Of a DNA stretch of 64,000 bases, positions 8,781 to 18,930 are shown one piece after another (the stretch's first letter is position 1; each line of letters opens with the position of its first letter). The position numbers and the translations under genes are program-made. The stretch covers positions 4,256,001 to 4,320,000 of the forward strand of contig OY761556.1 in the NCBI GenBank assembly GCA_963664705.1. Direction: 5' to 3'. The notes under the pieces are model-generated. The model did not search any database. It worked only from the letters and a program-made list of their open reading frames with translations, and was not told the DNA's origin. This DNA comes from Acidobacteriota bacterium. GTDB taxonomy: Bacteria; Acidobacteriota; UBA6911.

Positions 8781-11090
8781 TTACTTCACTCTCAAAATCG
8801 CTTTTTGCAGATCCTCATCACGAGAGGAATTCCCTGTCATGATCTCGAATTCGCCCGGCTCGACCACATATCTCATGTTGATATCATAAAAGGCCAGATG
8901 CTCCGGCGTGATTTCGAAAACCACGGTCTCGGTCTGTCCGGGTTCCAGGGAGATTCGACCAAACCCTTTGAGTTCCTTGACCGGGCGCGTAACGGAACTG
9001 AACTTGTCGCGGATGTACATTTGAACGACCTCATCACCCGCCACCGCGCCGTTGTTTGTCACCTCCACGCGCACAACCGTGGATTCGTTCTTTTTGATCA
9101 CCTGTTTTTCCAATCTCGGCGCACCGAACTGGAAAGTCGTATAACTAAGGCCAAACCCGAAGGAATATAGAGGCCGCACGTCGTCGAAAAGATATCCACG
9201 GCGCGCAGCGGGTTTGTAATTGTAATAGGCCGGCAGGTGTCCAACCGACCGCGGAATCGTAATAGGAAGCTTGCCGCCCGGGTTTATATCTCCAAAAAGC
9301 GCCTCGGCAACTGCGGTACCCGTCTCCTGGCCAAGATACCAGCATTCAAAAATAGCCGCAGCCCTCTCCGTCAGGTTTCTTATGGAAAGTGGACGGCCGT
9401 TGAACAGCAATGCAACAATCGGCTTTCCTGTTGCAGCCAACGCATCGACGAGTTCGTCCTGGAGTCCAACCATCTCGAGCGACGTGCGGTCGCCCATGTG
9501 GTTCAGCGCCCAGGCTTCGCGCGAGGTCTGTTCATTACCGCCAATCGCAAGCACAACAATATCCGCGCGTTTTGCAACTTCCACTGCTTCCGTAATGCTT
9601 TTGCGATCATCGTCAGGATTGCTTGGAACAACCTCGTCCTGCTGCCAGGATCCGCCGATTGTGATCTTGCAGCCTTCGTGATACAAAACCTCAATCGCGC
9701 CAGCCCTGCGGCGAATCCCCTGAAGAACGGTTGTTCCGTACCGGGGTTTCCCGCTGTATCCGCCCAGGAGTTCCCGATCGGCGTTGGGACCGATAACCGC
9801 TATCGTCTTTATTTTTGCTGCATCCAGCGGAACAACCTTATCCTGGTTCTTGAGAAGCGTGATGGTCTTGCGGGCCGACTGCAAGGCAAGTTCGCGATGG
9901 CCCTCGCAGGCAACAATGCGGTCCGCCTCATTCGGATCAACATAGGGATCTTCAAAAAGTCCAAGCCTAAATTTCCACAGCAGCATGGGGGCAATCAACT
10001 CATCCAGGAGGGACTCCTTCACTTCACCTTTCCGGACCAACTCCACCAGGTGTGGATAGCAGTCCGCGTCCGGAAGCTCAATATTGACGCCGGCCTTCAC
10101 AGCCAGTGCGGCAGCCTGCTTCCCATCTTCGGCCAGATAGTTGCCGAAGAACCCGGAACGCTCGTTCAATTCCCGGATGGCAAAATAGTCGGAAACCACA
10201 AATCCTCTGAAGCCCCACTCTTTGCGCAATACATCCCGCAACAGCCACTTGTTTGCGTGCGATGGCACTCCATCGATTTCGTTATAGGAAGCCATTACGC
10301 TGATGGCTCCCCCTTTTTTGATTGCCTGCTTGAAGGTTGTCAGAAACACCTCGCGAAGGATCCGCTCCGATACATTCACGGGCGCGATGTTGGTACCTGA
10401 TTCGGGCTGACCGTGAGCTGCGAAGTGTTTGAGTGTGGCAATGACGTGCTTTTTATCCTTGAATGAAGCATCCCCCTGAAATCCCTGGACGGCGGCGATG
10501 GCCATACTGGAAACCAGGTAGGGATCTTCGCCATAGGTTTCCTCGACACGCCCCCAGCGTGGTTCGCGTGCAACATCCACCACGGGGGTCAAAGCCTGAT
10601 GTGTCCCCCGCACGCGTGCCTCTTCGGCGGTCATTTCAAAAAGCCTGCGCACAAGTTCGGGATCAAAAGTGGCGCCCAGGCCTATCGGCTGTGAAAAACT
10701 GGTCCCATCCACGGCGGCATGACCATGCAGGCATTCCTCGTGGAAAAACACCGGAATTTTCAGTCGGCTGTTTTCCAGGAAAAACTTTTGAATGGCATTT
10801 GTCAGCTCCGCCATCTGTCTTGCATTCCTGCCGCCGCCGGCGTCACTGGGGCGCCCGACCTGTCCCAACCCCAGGCGATCTTTGAAAGAGGCTTTTGCTT
10901 TCTGCGGATCAAAGTTCCCCTGCGCATCGAGCATGGTGCTCGATTTTTTATCCCAGATGCAGAGCATCTGCGCGACCTTTTCCTTCAGCGTCATGCGCGA
11001 CAGAAGATCGCGCACCCGGCGCTCTGGAGGTATTGCAGGATTCAGATAGGCCGGCTTCTGTTTTTTGCTGGATTTAGTTCTGGGTTTCAT
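8781..11090 (-). CDS. GH3 beta-glucosidase/beta-xylosidase (cytoplasmic)
   Basis: EECLHG, REPRWGRVEETYGEDP, KHFAAH and VVSDY motifs. C-terminal Fn3-like domain (RPVKELKGF). No signal peptide. Confidence 0.92.
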   Translation of the reverse strand: MKPRTKSSKKQKPAYLNPAIPPERRVRDLLSRMTLKEKVAQMLCIWDKKSSTMLDAQGNFDPQKAKASFKDRLGLGQVGRPSDAGGGRNARQMAELTNAIQKFFLENSRLKIPVFFHEECLHGHAAVDGTSFSQPIGLGATFDPELVRRLFEMTAEEARVRGTHQALTPVVDVAREPRWGRVEETYGEDPYLVSSMAIAAVQGFQGDASFKDKKHVIATLKHFAAHGQPESGTNIAPVNVSERILREVFLTTFKQAIKKGGAISVMASYNEIDGVPSHANKWLLRDVLRKEWGFRGFVVSDYFAIRELNERSGFFGNYLAEDGKQAAALAVKAGVNIELPDADCYPHLVELVRKGEVKESLLDELIAPMLLWKFRLGLFEDPYVDPNEADRIVACEGHRELALQSARKTITLLKNQDKVVPLDAAKIKTIAVIGPNADRELLGGYSGKPRYGTTVLQGIRRRAGAIEVLYHEGCKITIGGSWQQDEVVPSNPDDDRKSITEAVEVAKRADIVVLAIGGNEQTSREAWALNHMGDRTSLEMVGLQDELVDALAATGKPIVALLFNGRPLSIRNLTERAAAIFECWYLGQETGTAVAEALFGDINPGGKLPITIPRSVGHLPAYYNYKPAARRGYLFDDVRPLYSFGFGLSYTTFQFGAPRLEKQVIKKNESTVVRVEVTNNGAVAGDEVVQMYIRDKFSSVTRPVKELKGFGRISLEPGQTETVVFEITPEHLAFYDINMRYVVEPGEFEIMTGNSSRDEDLQKAILRVK

Positions 11091-11164
11091 CGGATCTCCT
11101 GACTCCTCAGAGCGCTTTGAATGCAGATGAATGCTGTCGCTTTCGAGGGCATCTCTTTCAACTG

Positions 11165-12652
11165 TTAGCCGGCAACCGGCTGTACCTTGTTTCGCCGTTC
11201 CGCCAGTTCATCCTGAATCCGAATATTCAATTGCTTGCTGATCCCATAAAAGGACAGACAAATTACAATAATCAAAAAGAAGACAGCCGGATAGATGCTG
11301 ATTGTCATCCGAATGCCCAACAGTGCCTGGGATGTCTGCGCCACATTCGCCTTGTATCCGTACCATGACAGGAGCCATCCAGCCATCGCACCGCCAAGGC
11401 TTAATCCGGTCTTCAAAGCAAACATGATGGTTGCATAGATCACTCCGGTGGTGCGACGGCCCGTCTTCCATTCGGCATAGTCGGCAACATCAGCAAACAT
11501 TGCCCAAAGCAGCGGGATGGTTGGAGCGTAAGCCAGAGCGCGGAGATATTCCAATGCGAAGGTTGCCCCGACAGCGTCCGCCGGAAGGAAGATGAATGCC
11601 GCCATCAAAAGGGTTGTGAGACCGAATCCAACCTGCACCACCGCTTTCTTGCCATACCGCATCGACAGGGCTGTAGCGCACAGAACGCCGATCACCGTTA
11701 CAAACTGGCTCGACATATTGAAGAGACTGAAACCCACCGATGCCACGTTTTTTTTATCCGCATCGACAATCAATCCGAAGGTATTGAGCAGACTGTGCCA
11801 AATGCCGCTGCTCCCCGCCTGTGTCAACCCCAGGCTCTGCAGCAGGCCGAACAGCCGGTCATGGTTAACGTAGTACTGAAAATAGTACAAAACTGTGCCG
11901 CCGCGCATTGCCGCAACAATAAAGTGAGCCAGGGTGACGATAAACATTGCGATCCAGGGGCCGTTTTTGAGCAGATTTCCAAAGTCCTTCTTCGCATCCA
12001 TTTTTTGATGCGGATCAGGCTGGATGCGTTCTCGCGTGGTGACAAAAGTAAGCACGAACAGAATCACACATACGACAGCCCAGAGGCTTATCGTCATCTG
12101 CCAGCCTTTTGCATTGTCGCCTTGACCGAACTTCGCTACCAGGGGCAGGGTGAACCCGCCGATGATCAGTTGAGCAATCATGGCAGATACAAAACGATAG
12201 GAGGAAAGGCTCGTACGTTCATTAACATTGCCGGTCATTACGCCGGTCATCGCGGAATAAGGCGTATTATTGATGGAATACAGCGTCATCAGGAGGATAT
12301 TGGTAACGCAGGCCCATATTATCTTGCCCATCGTTGTATAGTTCGGCGTGGTATACGCAAGAATCATCACGACGCCCCAGGGCAATGCAGACCAAAGAAC
12401 CCACGGCCTGAATTTCCCCCAACGGGTGTTGGTCCGATCGGCAATGACTCCCATCATGGGATCAAAGAACCCATCCCATAGCCGGCCGACCAAAAGCAGA
12501 GATCCTGCGATGGCGGCGGCAATCCCCATGGTATCGGTATAAAAATTGAGCTGAAAGAGAATCATGGTCTGAAAAACAAAGTTCGCCGCCGCATCGCCAA
12601 AGCTGTAGCCGATTTTTTCCAGAACAGGCAGCTTCGAGGTATCCGATTTCAT
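11165..12652 (-). CDS. GPH-family (glycoside-pentoside-hexuronide):cation symporter
   Basis: EKIGYSFGD, DPMMGVIADRTNTRWGKFRPW and ADVADYAEWKTGRR motifs. Confidence 0.9.
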   Translation of the reverse strand: MKSDTSKLPVLEKIGYSFGDAAANFVFQTMILFQLNFYTDTMGIAAAIAGSLLLVGRLWDGFFDPMMGVIADRTNTRWGKFRPWVLWSALPWGVVMILAYTTPNYTTMGKIIWACVTNILLMTLYSINNTPYSAMTGVMTGNVNERTSLSSYRFVSAMIAQLIIGGFTLPLVAKFGQGDNAKGWQMTISLWAVVCVILFVLTFVTTRERIQPDPHQKMDAKKDFGNLLKNGPWIAMFIVTLAHFIVAAMRGGTVLYYFQYYVNHDRLFGLLQSLGLTQAGSSGIWHSLLNTFGLIVDADKKNVASVGFSLFNMSSQFVTVIGVLCATALSMRYGKKAVVQVGFGLTTLLMAAFIFLPADAVGATFALEYLRALAYAPTIPLLWAMFADVADYAEWKTGRRTTGVIYATIMFALKTGLSLGGAMAGWLLSWYGYKANVAQTSQALLGIRMTISIYPAVFFLIIVICLSFYGISKQLNIRIQDELAERRNKVQPVAG

Positions 12653-12784
12653 ACAGGTCCTTTCTTCACTTCTTCTGGAAGACTGGGGATGACCGTTCCT
12701 TGTTCGTGTACGTTAACGGAGTGCTATGGTAGCACAATGCCTCTTGCGATGGACGATTTACGAATGATGATTTGACGTAAAAAA

Positions 12785-13390
12785 TTACTTCCGGGTGACG
12801 CGGCCTTTGTCGTCCATCCTCTCAAGGCTGAACTGGATCCGCTGGATGTAGTTGATCGTCTCCTGATGCCGCCAGCCAGGGACATCCGGAGCAACATTCC
12901 GGATGTTCAGCCACAACTGCTCATCAAGCGATTTCCCAAGGGCTACTTTTTGCGCCCGCAAAATGGTGGATCGACCGGCATTATAGCTGCCGAACATGAA
13001 GTGGGGGCGATCTGTGGTGGCCGCCCCGGCCCCCCACTGCCGCCATAGCTGCCGGTTGTAGTAGATTCCGGCGGCGATATTCCATTCAGGATCATCAATA
13101 TTTTTAAAGTCGGGATTCCTGGACTGGACGCTTTCGAAAGTGGACGGCATCAGTTGCATGATTCCACGCGCGCCAACCCAACTGACGGCATTGGGGTTGA
13201 GATTACTCTCGGTCATGCTCTGGGCTTTGAAAACTCTCCAGTCAAAAGCGGGACCGAAGTAGCGCTTGGCATACTTGCGAAATACATCGTCATAGCGGTC
13301 CGAAACGGTTAACTGAGCATGTACCGTCCCTGTCCCTGCCAGGCAGAGCAGAATTGCGATGGCAGTGACCTTTATCGCCCGATTCATCAA
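12785..13390 (-). CDS. Secreted lytic transglycosylase (SLT/MltF-like domain)
   Basis: Signal peptide, then ES, GARGIMQLMP, SYNAG and ETINYI motifs. Confidence 0.88.
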   Translation of the reverse strand: MMNRAIKVTAIAILLCLAGTGTVHAQLTVSDRYDDVFRKYAKRYFGPAFDWRVFKAQSMTESNLNPNAVSWVGARGIMQLMPSTFESVQSRNPDFKNIDDPEWNIAAGIYYNRQLWRQWGAGAATTDRPHFMFGSYNAGRSTILRAQKVALGKSLDEQLWLNIRNVAPDVPGWRHQETINYIQRIQFSLERMDDKGRVTRK

Positions 13391-13590
13391 TGCAGTGCTC
13401 CTCCGATTACCAGAGCGATGGAAATGAAAATAGCAGCAATAAAAATTCCGACCGCGACATTCCCCTTCTTCAGTTCTTCAGCAAAATCCACCTGCGGCGT
13501 GAGCCAGTCGATCACACGGTAGGCCGCAAACATCAGCGCAACGCCAAGAATCGCATAAACGAAATTGAGTGCAACGATTCTCCATTCCAT
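13387..13590 (-). CDS. DUF350 small membrane protein
   Basis: Two TM helices around DWLTPQVDFAEELKKGNVAVG. Confidence 0.8.
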   Translation of the reverse strand: MEWRIVALNFVYAILGVALMFAAYRVIDWLTPQVDFAEELKKGNVAVGIFIAAIFISIALVIGGALH

Positions 13591-13695
13591 CGATCGCTTC
13601 TCCTATGTCAGGGCCTGAGCCCATCCATTCCATGCATTACGTTAATCTCACCGATTTGGTTTCATTCTGATCCAAGATCAGATTCAGGTACAGCC

Positions 13696-14247
13696 CTACT
13701 GTAACTGATAAACCCCAATGATCACATATGGCTTTTCGCCCGGCTTCAGCTGCGGAACCGTAAGGGTTCCAAGAAAAACGGCATGATTCAGGTAGTCATA
13801 GGGACTGTTCAGCGGGGCTTCGATATCCAGGACAGAACGGATATACCGACCCCCCTTTCCCGCGGAGCCGGTTACATGAAGCAGGGCACGATTGATCACG
13901 TGGATCAAATACCCGTCGTTTGTCTTCAGTATGTACCGCGCCTGCAGCTCTGTGTCCCCATCGGGACGAACCAGCTGCCAGTCCTCACCCATTGGAAGCA
14001 CTGTCCCTTCGATCTTGGGTCCTTTGAACGTACCGCCCAGGATGGGAATCACTCGCCGCTGGCCATGTTTGCTTGGAGCCAAAGCGATTGCATCGCCGAT
14101 AAGAGCTTTGGTTTCCCACGCCAGCCCGGTTTTGAATACCTGGCTATCGGAATTGGCCGTTTGACAATAGACGCTCTGCCGGATTCCTGATATCAGAAGC
14201 AGAATCAGGGCACCGCAATAAAATATTCGTTTCATCGCGCCAATCAT
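13696..14247 (-). CDS. DUF3237 family protein with signal peptide
   Basis: RRVIPILGGTFKGP, DWQLVRPDG, ARYILKTNDG and YDYLN motifs. Confidence 0.8.
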   Translation of the reverse strand: MIGAMKRIFYCGALILLLISGIRQSVYCQTANSDSQVFKTGLAWETKALIGDAIALAPSKHGQRRVIPILGGTFKGPKIEGTVLPMGEDWQLVRPDGDTELQARYILKTNDGYLIHVINRALLHVTGSAGKGGRYIRSVLDIEAPLNSPYDYLNHAVFLGTLTVPQLKPGEKPYVIIGVYQLQ

Positions 14248-14350
14248 TGGATTTCCTCCTGGAGCCCCCTCAGTTTAAAACAAATCGACGAAATTCGATG
14301 CAAATTCATCAGACAGCTGCGCAATCATGCCCGGGTGCCATATCCTATCC

Positions 14351-14380
14351 TTGACATTCGCAGGGATGGAGTTCTACTTT
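14351..14380 (+). promoter_or_regulatory. Candidate sigma70 promoter for the ABC permease
   Basis: TTGACA-N18-TACTTT. Confidence 0.4.
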
Positions 14381-14453
14381 TTCTTTGGGCTTGGTTCGCC
14401 TCGAGTTTCGCGAGCAGACAGTGCAGCATCCAGCAAATAGGCCTATCATTTTC

Positions 14454-16172
14454 ATGAAACCTCTTCGATTCAGCCCGGCTTTTTTCCGAACCTCTCGATT
14501 CGACATAGCAGATATCTTCATACTGCTTGTTCTGTTAACTTTCCTGTACATTGGGATCCGTGTATCCATCCATGCTCCTGCTGTGATTTCCGGGCCTAAC
14601 ATCTCTTTGTCCTTATGGGCTTTGCCCTGGTATACAGCTCTTTCTGTCGGCCGCATGTTCATTGCCTACCTGATATCGCTGGCTTTCACGCTGGTATACG
14701 GCTATGTAGCTGCGCGCAGCCGCACAGCAGAAAAAATCATGATGCCGACCCTGGACATTCTTCAGAGTGTGCCAATCCTATCCTTCCTGCCGGTCGTTCT
14801 ATTGAGCTTGAGCACCATATTGCCGGAGGGCTTTGCCGCAGAGCTGGCAGCCATCATTTTGATCTTCACTTCGCAAGCCTGGAACATGACCTACAGCTTC
14901 TTTCAGTCGGTCACCACGGTGCCGCATGAGCTTCGCGAGGCATCCGAAATATTCAGACTCAACCACTGGCTTCGCTTCAGGGTGGTTGAACTCCCATTTT
15001 CGGCATTAGGCCTTATCTGGAACAGCATGATGAGTTGGGCCGGCGGCTGGTTTTTTCTTATGGCATCAGAGATCTTTACGGTCGGGGCCAGGGATTTCAG
15101 GCTGCCCGGAATTGGAGCGTACCTCCAGACCGCCGCCAGCACAGGAAATATTCATGCAGTCGTATTGGGTATCCTTGCCCTTGTGCTCACGATCATCCTG
15201 TTGGATCAGCTTCTTTGGCGGCCTATTCTGGCATGGGCGGAAAAATTCAAGGTTGAAATGGTTGCAGGAGAACGGACCGCACAATCCTTCGTGCGCGATT
15301 TTATGTCCCGCTCCTGGCTTTTCGAGCAGTTGACAACGCGGGCAATTGAGCCCTTTGTCGAATGGCTGGATTCGAGATTGGGTCAGGAACCCCGGAATAC
15401 GGAACTGCGCCGAACCAATAAATCCTCCACGTCCTATCCTCTGATCGTTTTGGCTGTGGTAACCGGGTCCGTTGGGCTCATTGGCATTTATAAAATGGGC
15501 TGGATGCTTAGAGCTCTCCACTCTGCTGATTGGATTGCCGTGGCACTGGGCACACTTACTACATTCCTGCGGGTCGTATTGGCACTGATCATTGCCCTTG
15601 CCTGGACGGTTCCCGTTGGAGTTGCCATCGGTTCCAATCGCAAACTGGCCGGAATCCTGCAACCAGTGGTTCAAATAACCGCCTCAGTACCCGCAACGGC
15701 CTTGTTCCCAGTCCTACTTTTGATGCTGGTGCGATTACCCGGAGGACTGAACATCGCTGCGGTGGTGTTAATGCTGATGGGAACTCAATGGTACCTGCTA
15801 TTCAATGTCATTGCCGGTGCCGCGGCAATTCCACAGGACCTGCGCGATACGACGGCGCTCCTGAAGCTTTCAGTGGTGGATAAATGGCGCAACCTGATAT
15901 TGCCGTCGATATTCCCTTATCTCATCACGGGATCGATTACCGCCGGTGGCGGAGCCTGGAATGCCAGTATCGTGGCCGAACATGTCCAATTTGGCGGGCG
16001 GACTCTTGCCACAAGCGGCATCGGAGCATTGATTGCATCGGCGACAGGTAAAGGCAACTATCCGCTGCTGCTGGCATCCACACTGGCATTAATCCTTACC
16101 GTCGTAAGCATCAACCGCCTTTTCTGGCGTCGATTGTACCGAATGGCGGAAGAACGATATCGAATGGAGTAA
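14454..16172 (+). CDS. NitT/TauT-family ABC transporter permease with two fused TM domains
   Basis: Two BPD_transp_1 repeats (LQSVPILSFLP and ASVPATALFP) with EAA-like loops. Start uncertain (ORF opens at 14385). Confidence 0.85.
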   Translation: MKPLRFSPAFFRTSRFDIADIFILLVLLTFLYIGIRVSIHAPAVISGPNISLSLWALPWYTALSVGRMFIAYLISLAFTLVYGYVAARSRTAEKIMMPTLDILQSVPILSFLPVVLLSLSTILPEGFAAELAAIILIFTSQAWNMTYSFFQSVTTVPHELREASEIFRLNHWLRFRVVELPFSALGLIWNSMMSWAGGWFFLMASEIFTVGARDFRLPGIGAYLQTAASTGNIHAVVLGILALVLTIILLDQLLWRPILAWAEKFKVEMVAGERTAQSFVRDFMSRSWLFEQLTTRAIEPFVEWLDSRLGQEPRNTELRRTNKSSTSYPLIVLAVVTGSVGLIGIYKMGWMLRALHSADWIAVALGTLTTFLRVVLALIIALAWTVPVGVAIGSNRKLAGILQPVVQITASVPATALFPVLLLMLVRLPGGLNIAAVVLMLMGTQWYLLFNVIAGAAAIPQDLRDTTALLKLSVVDKWRNLILPSIFPYLITGSITAGGGAWNASIVAEHVQFGGRTLATSGIGALIASATGKGNYPLLLASTLALILTVVSINRLFWRRLYRMAEERYRME

Positions 16173-16177
16173 ACCAC

Positions 16178-17476
16178 ATGCCCGCAAACGTCGCGTCGCC
16201 TTCATCCGTTGCGCTGCTGGAGCTTCAGGACATCTACAAAAGCTATGGGTCCGGAAACCGCCAGTTCGTCGCACTTCAAGATATAAACCTGCGAATTCGA
16301 GCGGGTGAATTTGTGTCTCTTTTGGGCCCTTCCGGTTGCGGGAAATCGACCCTGCTGCGCATATTGACAGGACTGAATTCGGCAAGTTCCGGCAGGGTTT
16401 TGTACAATGGGCAACCCCTGGTCGGCATCAACCCGCATGCCACGATCGTCTTTCAGACTTTTGCATTGTATCCATGGCTGACAGTTCAGGAAAATGTGGA
16501 GCTTGCTCTGAAAGCGCGCGGCGTTGAGCGCAGGGCCCGTCAATCCAAAGCTGTAAAGCTCATCGATACAGTCGGCCTGGACGGCTTTGAATCGGCATAT
16601 CCCCGCGAGCTGTCGGGGGGAATGCGTCAAAAGGTGGGGTTTGCACGCGCCATGGCGGTTGAACCCGAGCTTCTCTGTCTCGATGAGCCCTTTTCAGCTT
16701 TGGATGTCCTCTCAGCAGAAGCGTTGCGCGGCGAGTTAATGGAGCTTTGGCTGAACAAATCCATCCCGACTCAAGCCATCCTCATGGTCACCCATAACAT
16801 TGAGGAGGCGGTTTTCATGGCAGACCGCCTGGTTATCATGGATAAAGATCCGGGCCGTATTGTGGCCGAAATGCCGGTCAGTCTGCGGCATCCGCGTCAG
16901 CGAAAAGATACGGCCTTCCAGGCAATTGTGGATAGAGTATACGCCGCAGTTGCAGGGAAGACTCTCCCTGAGGCGGAGGAATTAGGACAGGCCCCTGGCA
17001 AAGGAAAGACGCGGCGCCTGCCGCAGGCGCGCCTCAATGCACTGGCAGGATTACTGGAAAAACTATCGGACGACGGAGGCCGAGCCGACATTTACCGCCT
17101 GGCCGCAGATGTCGTCATGGAACTGGATGATCTGTTGCCAATTGTGGAAGCGGGCGAATTACTCGGTTTTGTCAACGTTCAGGAGGGGGACCTGCAGCTG
17201 ACGCCCCTGGGCCGGGCATATGCAGAGGCCAGCGTGCTTGGACGCAAAGAGATGTTTGCCGGGCGCGTGCTGCGGTTGCCACTCATCAGCTGGATATATG
17301 AAACACTGCAACAGGACGATAATCAGCGCGTCTCGAAGGAATATTATCTTGATAAACTCCGCCCCGATTTTCACGATCGGACAGAACGGCAGCTGGAGCG
17401 CGCCATCAACTGGGGACGATTCGCAGAGCTTTTTGCATTTGATGATGATACGGACGAACTATATCTCGAACAGTAA
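16178..17476 (+). CDS. NitT/TauT-family ABC ATPase with C-terminal AAA-associated domain
   Basis: [20 protein letters not shown] and VTH motifs. C-terminal WGRFAELF domain. Confidence 0.9.
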   Translation: MPANVASPSSVALLELQDIYKSYGSGNRQFVALQDINLRIRAGEFVSLLGPSGCGKSTLLRILTGLNSASSGRVLYNGQPLVGINPHATIVFQTFALYPWLTVQENVELALKARGVERRARQSKAVKLIDTVGLDGFESAYPRELSGGMRQKVGFARAMAVEPELLCLDEPFSALDVLSAEALRGELMELWLNKSIPTQAILMVTHNIEEAVFMADRLVIMDKDPGRIVAEMPVSLRHPRQRKDTAFQAIVDRVYAAVAGKTLPEAEELGQAPGKGKTRRLPQARLNALAGLLEKLSDDGGRADIYRLAADVVMELDDLLPIVEAGELLGFVNVQEGDLQLTPLGRAYAEASVLGRKEMFAGRVLRLPLISWIYETLQQDDNQRVSKEYYLDKLRPDFHDRTERQLERAINWGRFAELFAFDDDTDELYLEQ

Positions 17477-17485
17477 GATTGCGAA

Positions 17486-18157
17486 CTAGTTACTATCCTT
17501 GATTTCCTGCCGGTGCCGCACCTCGCGTCCTTCCACAAGATAGATGACTTCCTCGGCAATATTTGTGGCATGATCACCGACTCGCTCCAAATTCCTCGAC
17601 ATGAGAATCAGCGAAAGCGCTCGCTCGATCGTTCCGGGATCCGCCATCATATAAGTCAAGAGCACACGAAAGATCTGGTCGCGAAAAAGATCGACTTCCT
17701 TTTCGTCTTCCAAAACCGCCCGCGCTGCTGCGCAGTCCCTGTTGACCAGGGCTTCAAGGCTCTTACGCACCATATTTTCCGCCAATTCTCCCATGCGCGG
17801 CAAGTCAACCAGAGGCTTCAGCGGCGACGATTTCAGGACGTAATGTGCATTCTGGCATATATTGACAGCCTGGTCGCCAATGCGTTCCAGCTCGGTAGCA
17901 ATGCGAGAAGCCATGAACAGGAAACGGACATCACTGCCAACCGGCTGCTGCAGTGCCGTGAGCTTAACCGCCCGGTCATCAATTTCGAGCTGAAGATCGT
18001 TGACCTCCATCTCCTTCTTCTGGACATCCTGGGAAAGGGATTCATTCCGCTCAATCAGGACGCGAAGTGCAAGCTGGACCATGGACTCTGCAAGCCGCCC
18101 CATAAGAACCAGTTTTTCCAGCAAGCCTTGAATCTGTTCATCGAAGTGGCGCTGCAT
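17486..18157 (-). CDS. phoU: Phosphate signalling protein PhoU (copy 1)
   Basis: Two PhoU repeats (ELERIGDQA and NLERVGDHATNIAE). Confidence 0.93.
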   Translation of the reverse strand: MQRHFDEQIQGLLEKLVLMGRLAESMVQLALRVLIERNESLSQDVQKKEMEVNDLQLEIDDRAVKLTALQQPVGSDVRFLFMASRIATELERIGDQAVNICQNAHYVLKSSPLKPLVDLPRMGELAENMVRKSLEALVNRDCAAARAVLEDEKEVDLFRDQIFRVLLTYMMADPGTIERALSLILMSRNLERVGDHATNIAEEVIYLVEGREVRHRQEIKDSN

Positions 18158-18159
18158 CT

Positions 18160-18924
18160 TTATCCAAACCTCCCTGAAATATACTGTTCCGTCCGCGGAT
18201 CGGATTGCAGAGTAAAGATGGTTTGCGTTTCCCCAACCTCAACAAGTTCCCCCAGCAGCATAAACGCGGTGTAATCAGAAATTCGAGCGGCCTGTTGCAT
18301 ATTGTGCGTAACGATAACAATTGTGTACGCGCTCTTCAGGTCAATAAGCAACTCTTCAATGCGCGCCGTGGCAATGGGATCCAGAGCCGACGTCGGCTCA
18401 TCCATCAGCAAAACTTCCGGCTCAACTGCAAGCAACCGGGATATACAGACCCGTTGCTGTTGCTCCGGGGACAGAGACAATGCGGAGTCATGCAATCGAT
18501 CCTTTAATGAATCCCAAAGCCCTGTCTGGCGGAGAGCCTTTTCTACCCTCACATCCAGATCACCGTCGGCCAGGCCATGGATCTTTGGACCATAGGCAAT
18601 ATTTTCGAAGACGGAAAGAGGGAATGGATTAGGGCGTTGAAACACCATGCCTACGCGCTTGCGCAATTGCCGCAGGTCGATGCGCGGATCATAAATGGAT
18701 TGCCCCTCGAGAAGAACATCACCCAAAACACGGATCCCCCGGATGGAATCATTCATACGGTTGAAGACACGCACAAGCGTGGATTTTCCGCAGCCGGACG
18801 GCCCGATAATGGCCGTAATAGCGCTCGGTCTTATAGACAGCGACACGCCAGTCAACGCGTGAAACTTGCCATACCAGAGGTCCAGCGATTTGGTCTCCAG
18901 CTTATACTGCACCGTATCTCCCAT
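18160..18924 (-). CDS. pstB: Phosphate ABC ATPase PstB with degenerate signature (LSPEQ)
   Basis: [36 protein letters not shown] and C-terminal GRFG. Confidence 0.9.
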   Translation of the reverse strand: MGDTVQYKLETKSLDLWYGKFHALTGVSLSIRPSAITAIIGPSGCGKSTLVRVFNRMNDSIRGIRVLGDVLLEGQSIYDPRIDLRQLRKRVGMVFQRPNPFPLSVFENIAYGPKIHGLADGDLDVRVEKALRQTGLWDSLKDRLHDSALSLSPEQQQRVCISRLLAVEPEVLLMDEPTSALDPIATARIEELLIDLKSAYTIVIVTHNMQQAARISDYTAFMLLGELVEVGETQTIFTLQSDPRTEQYISGRFG

Positions 18925-18930
18925 GAGTAA

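Noticed and set aside
12785-13590. Prophage lysis cassette
   Set aside because: No phage genes nearby, and the SLT has an ordinary signal peptide.
14362-14400. GGGATGGAGTTCT resembling the 5' end of a fluoride riboswitch
   Set aside because: The downstream GCTRATGAC pseudoknot partner is absent, and the segment fits better as a sigma70 promoter spacer.
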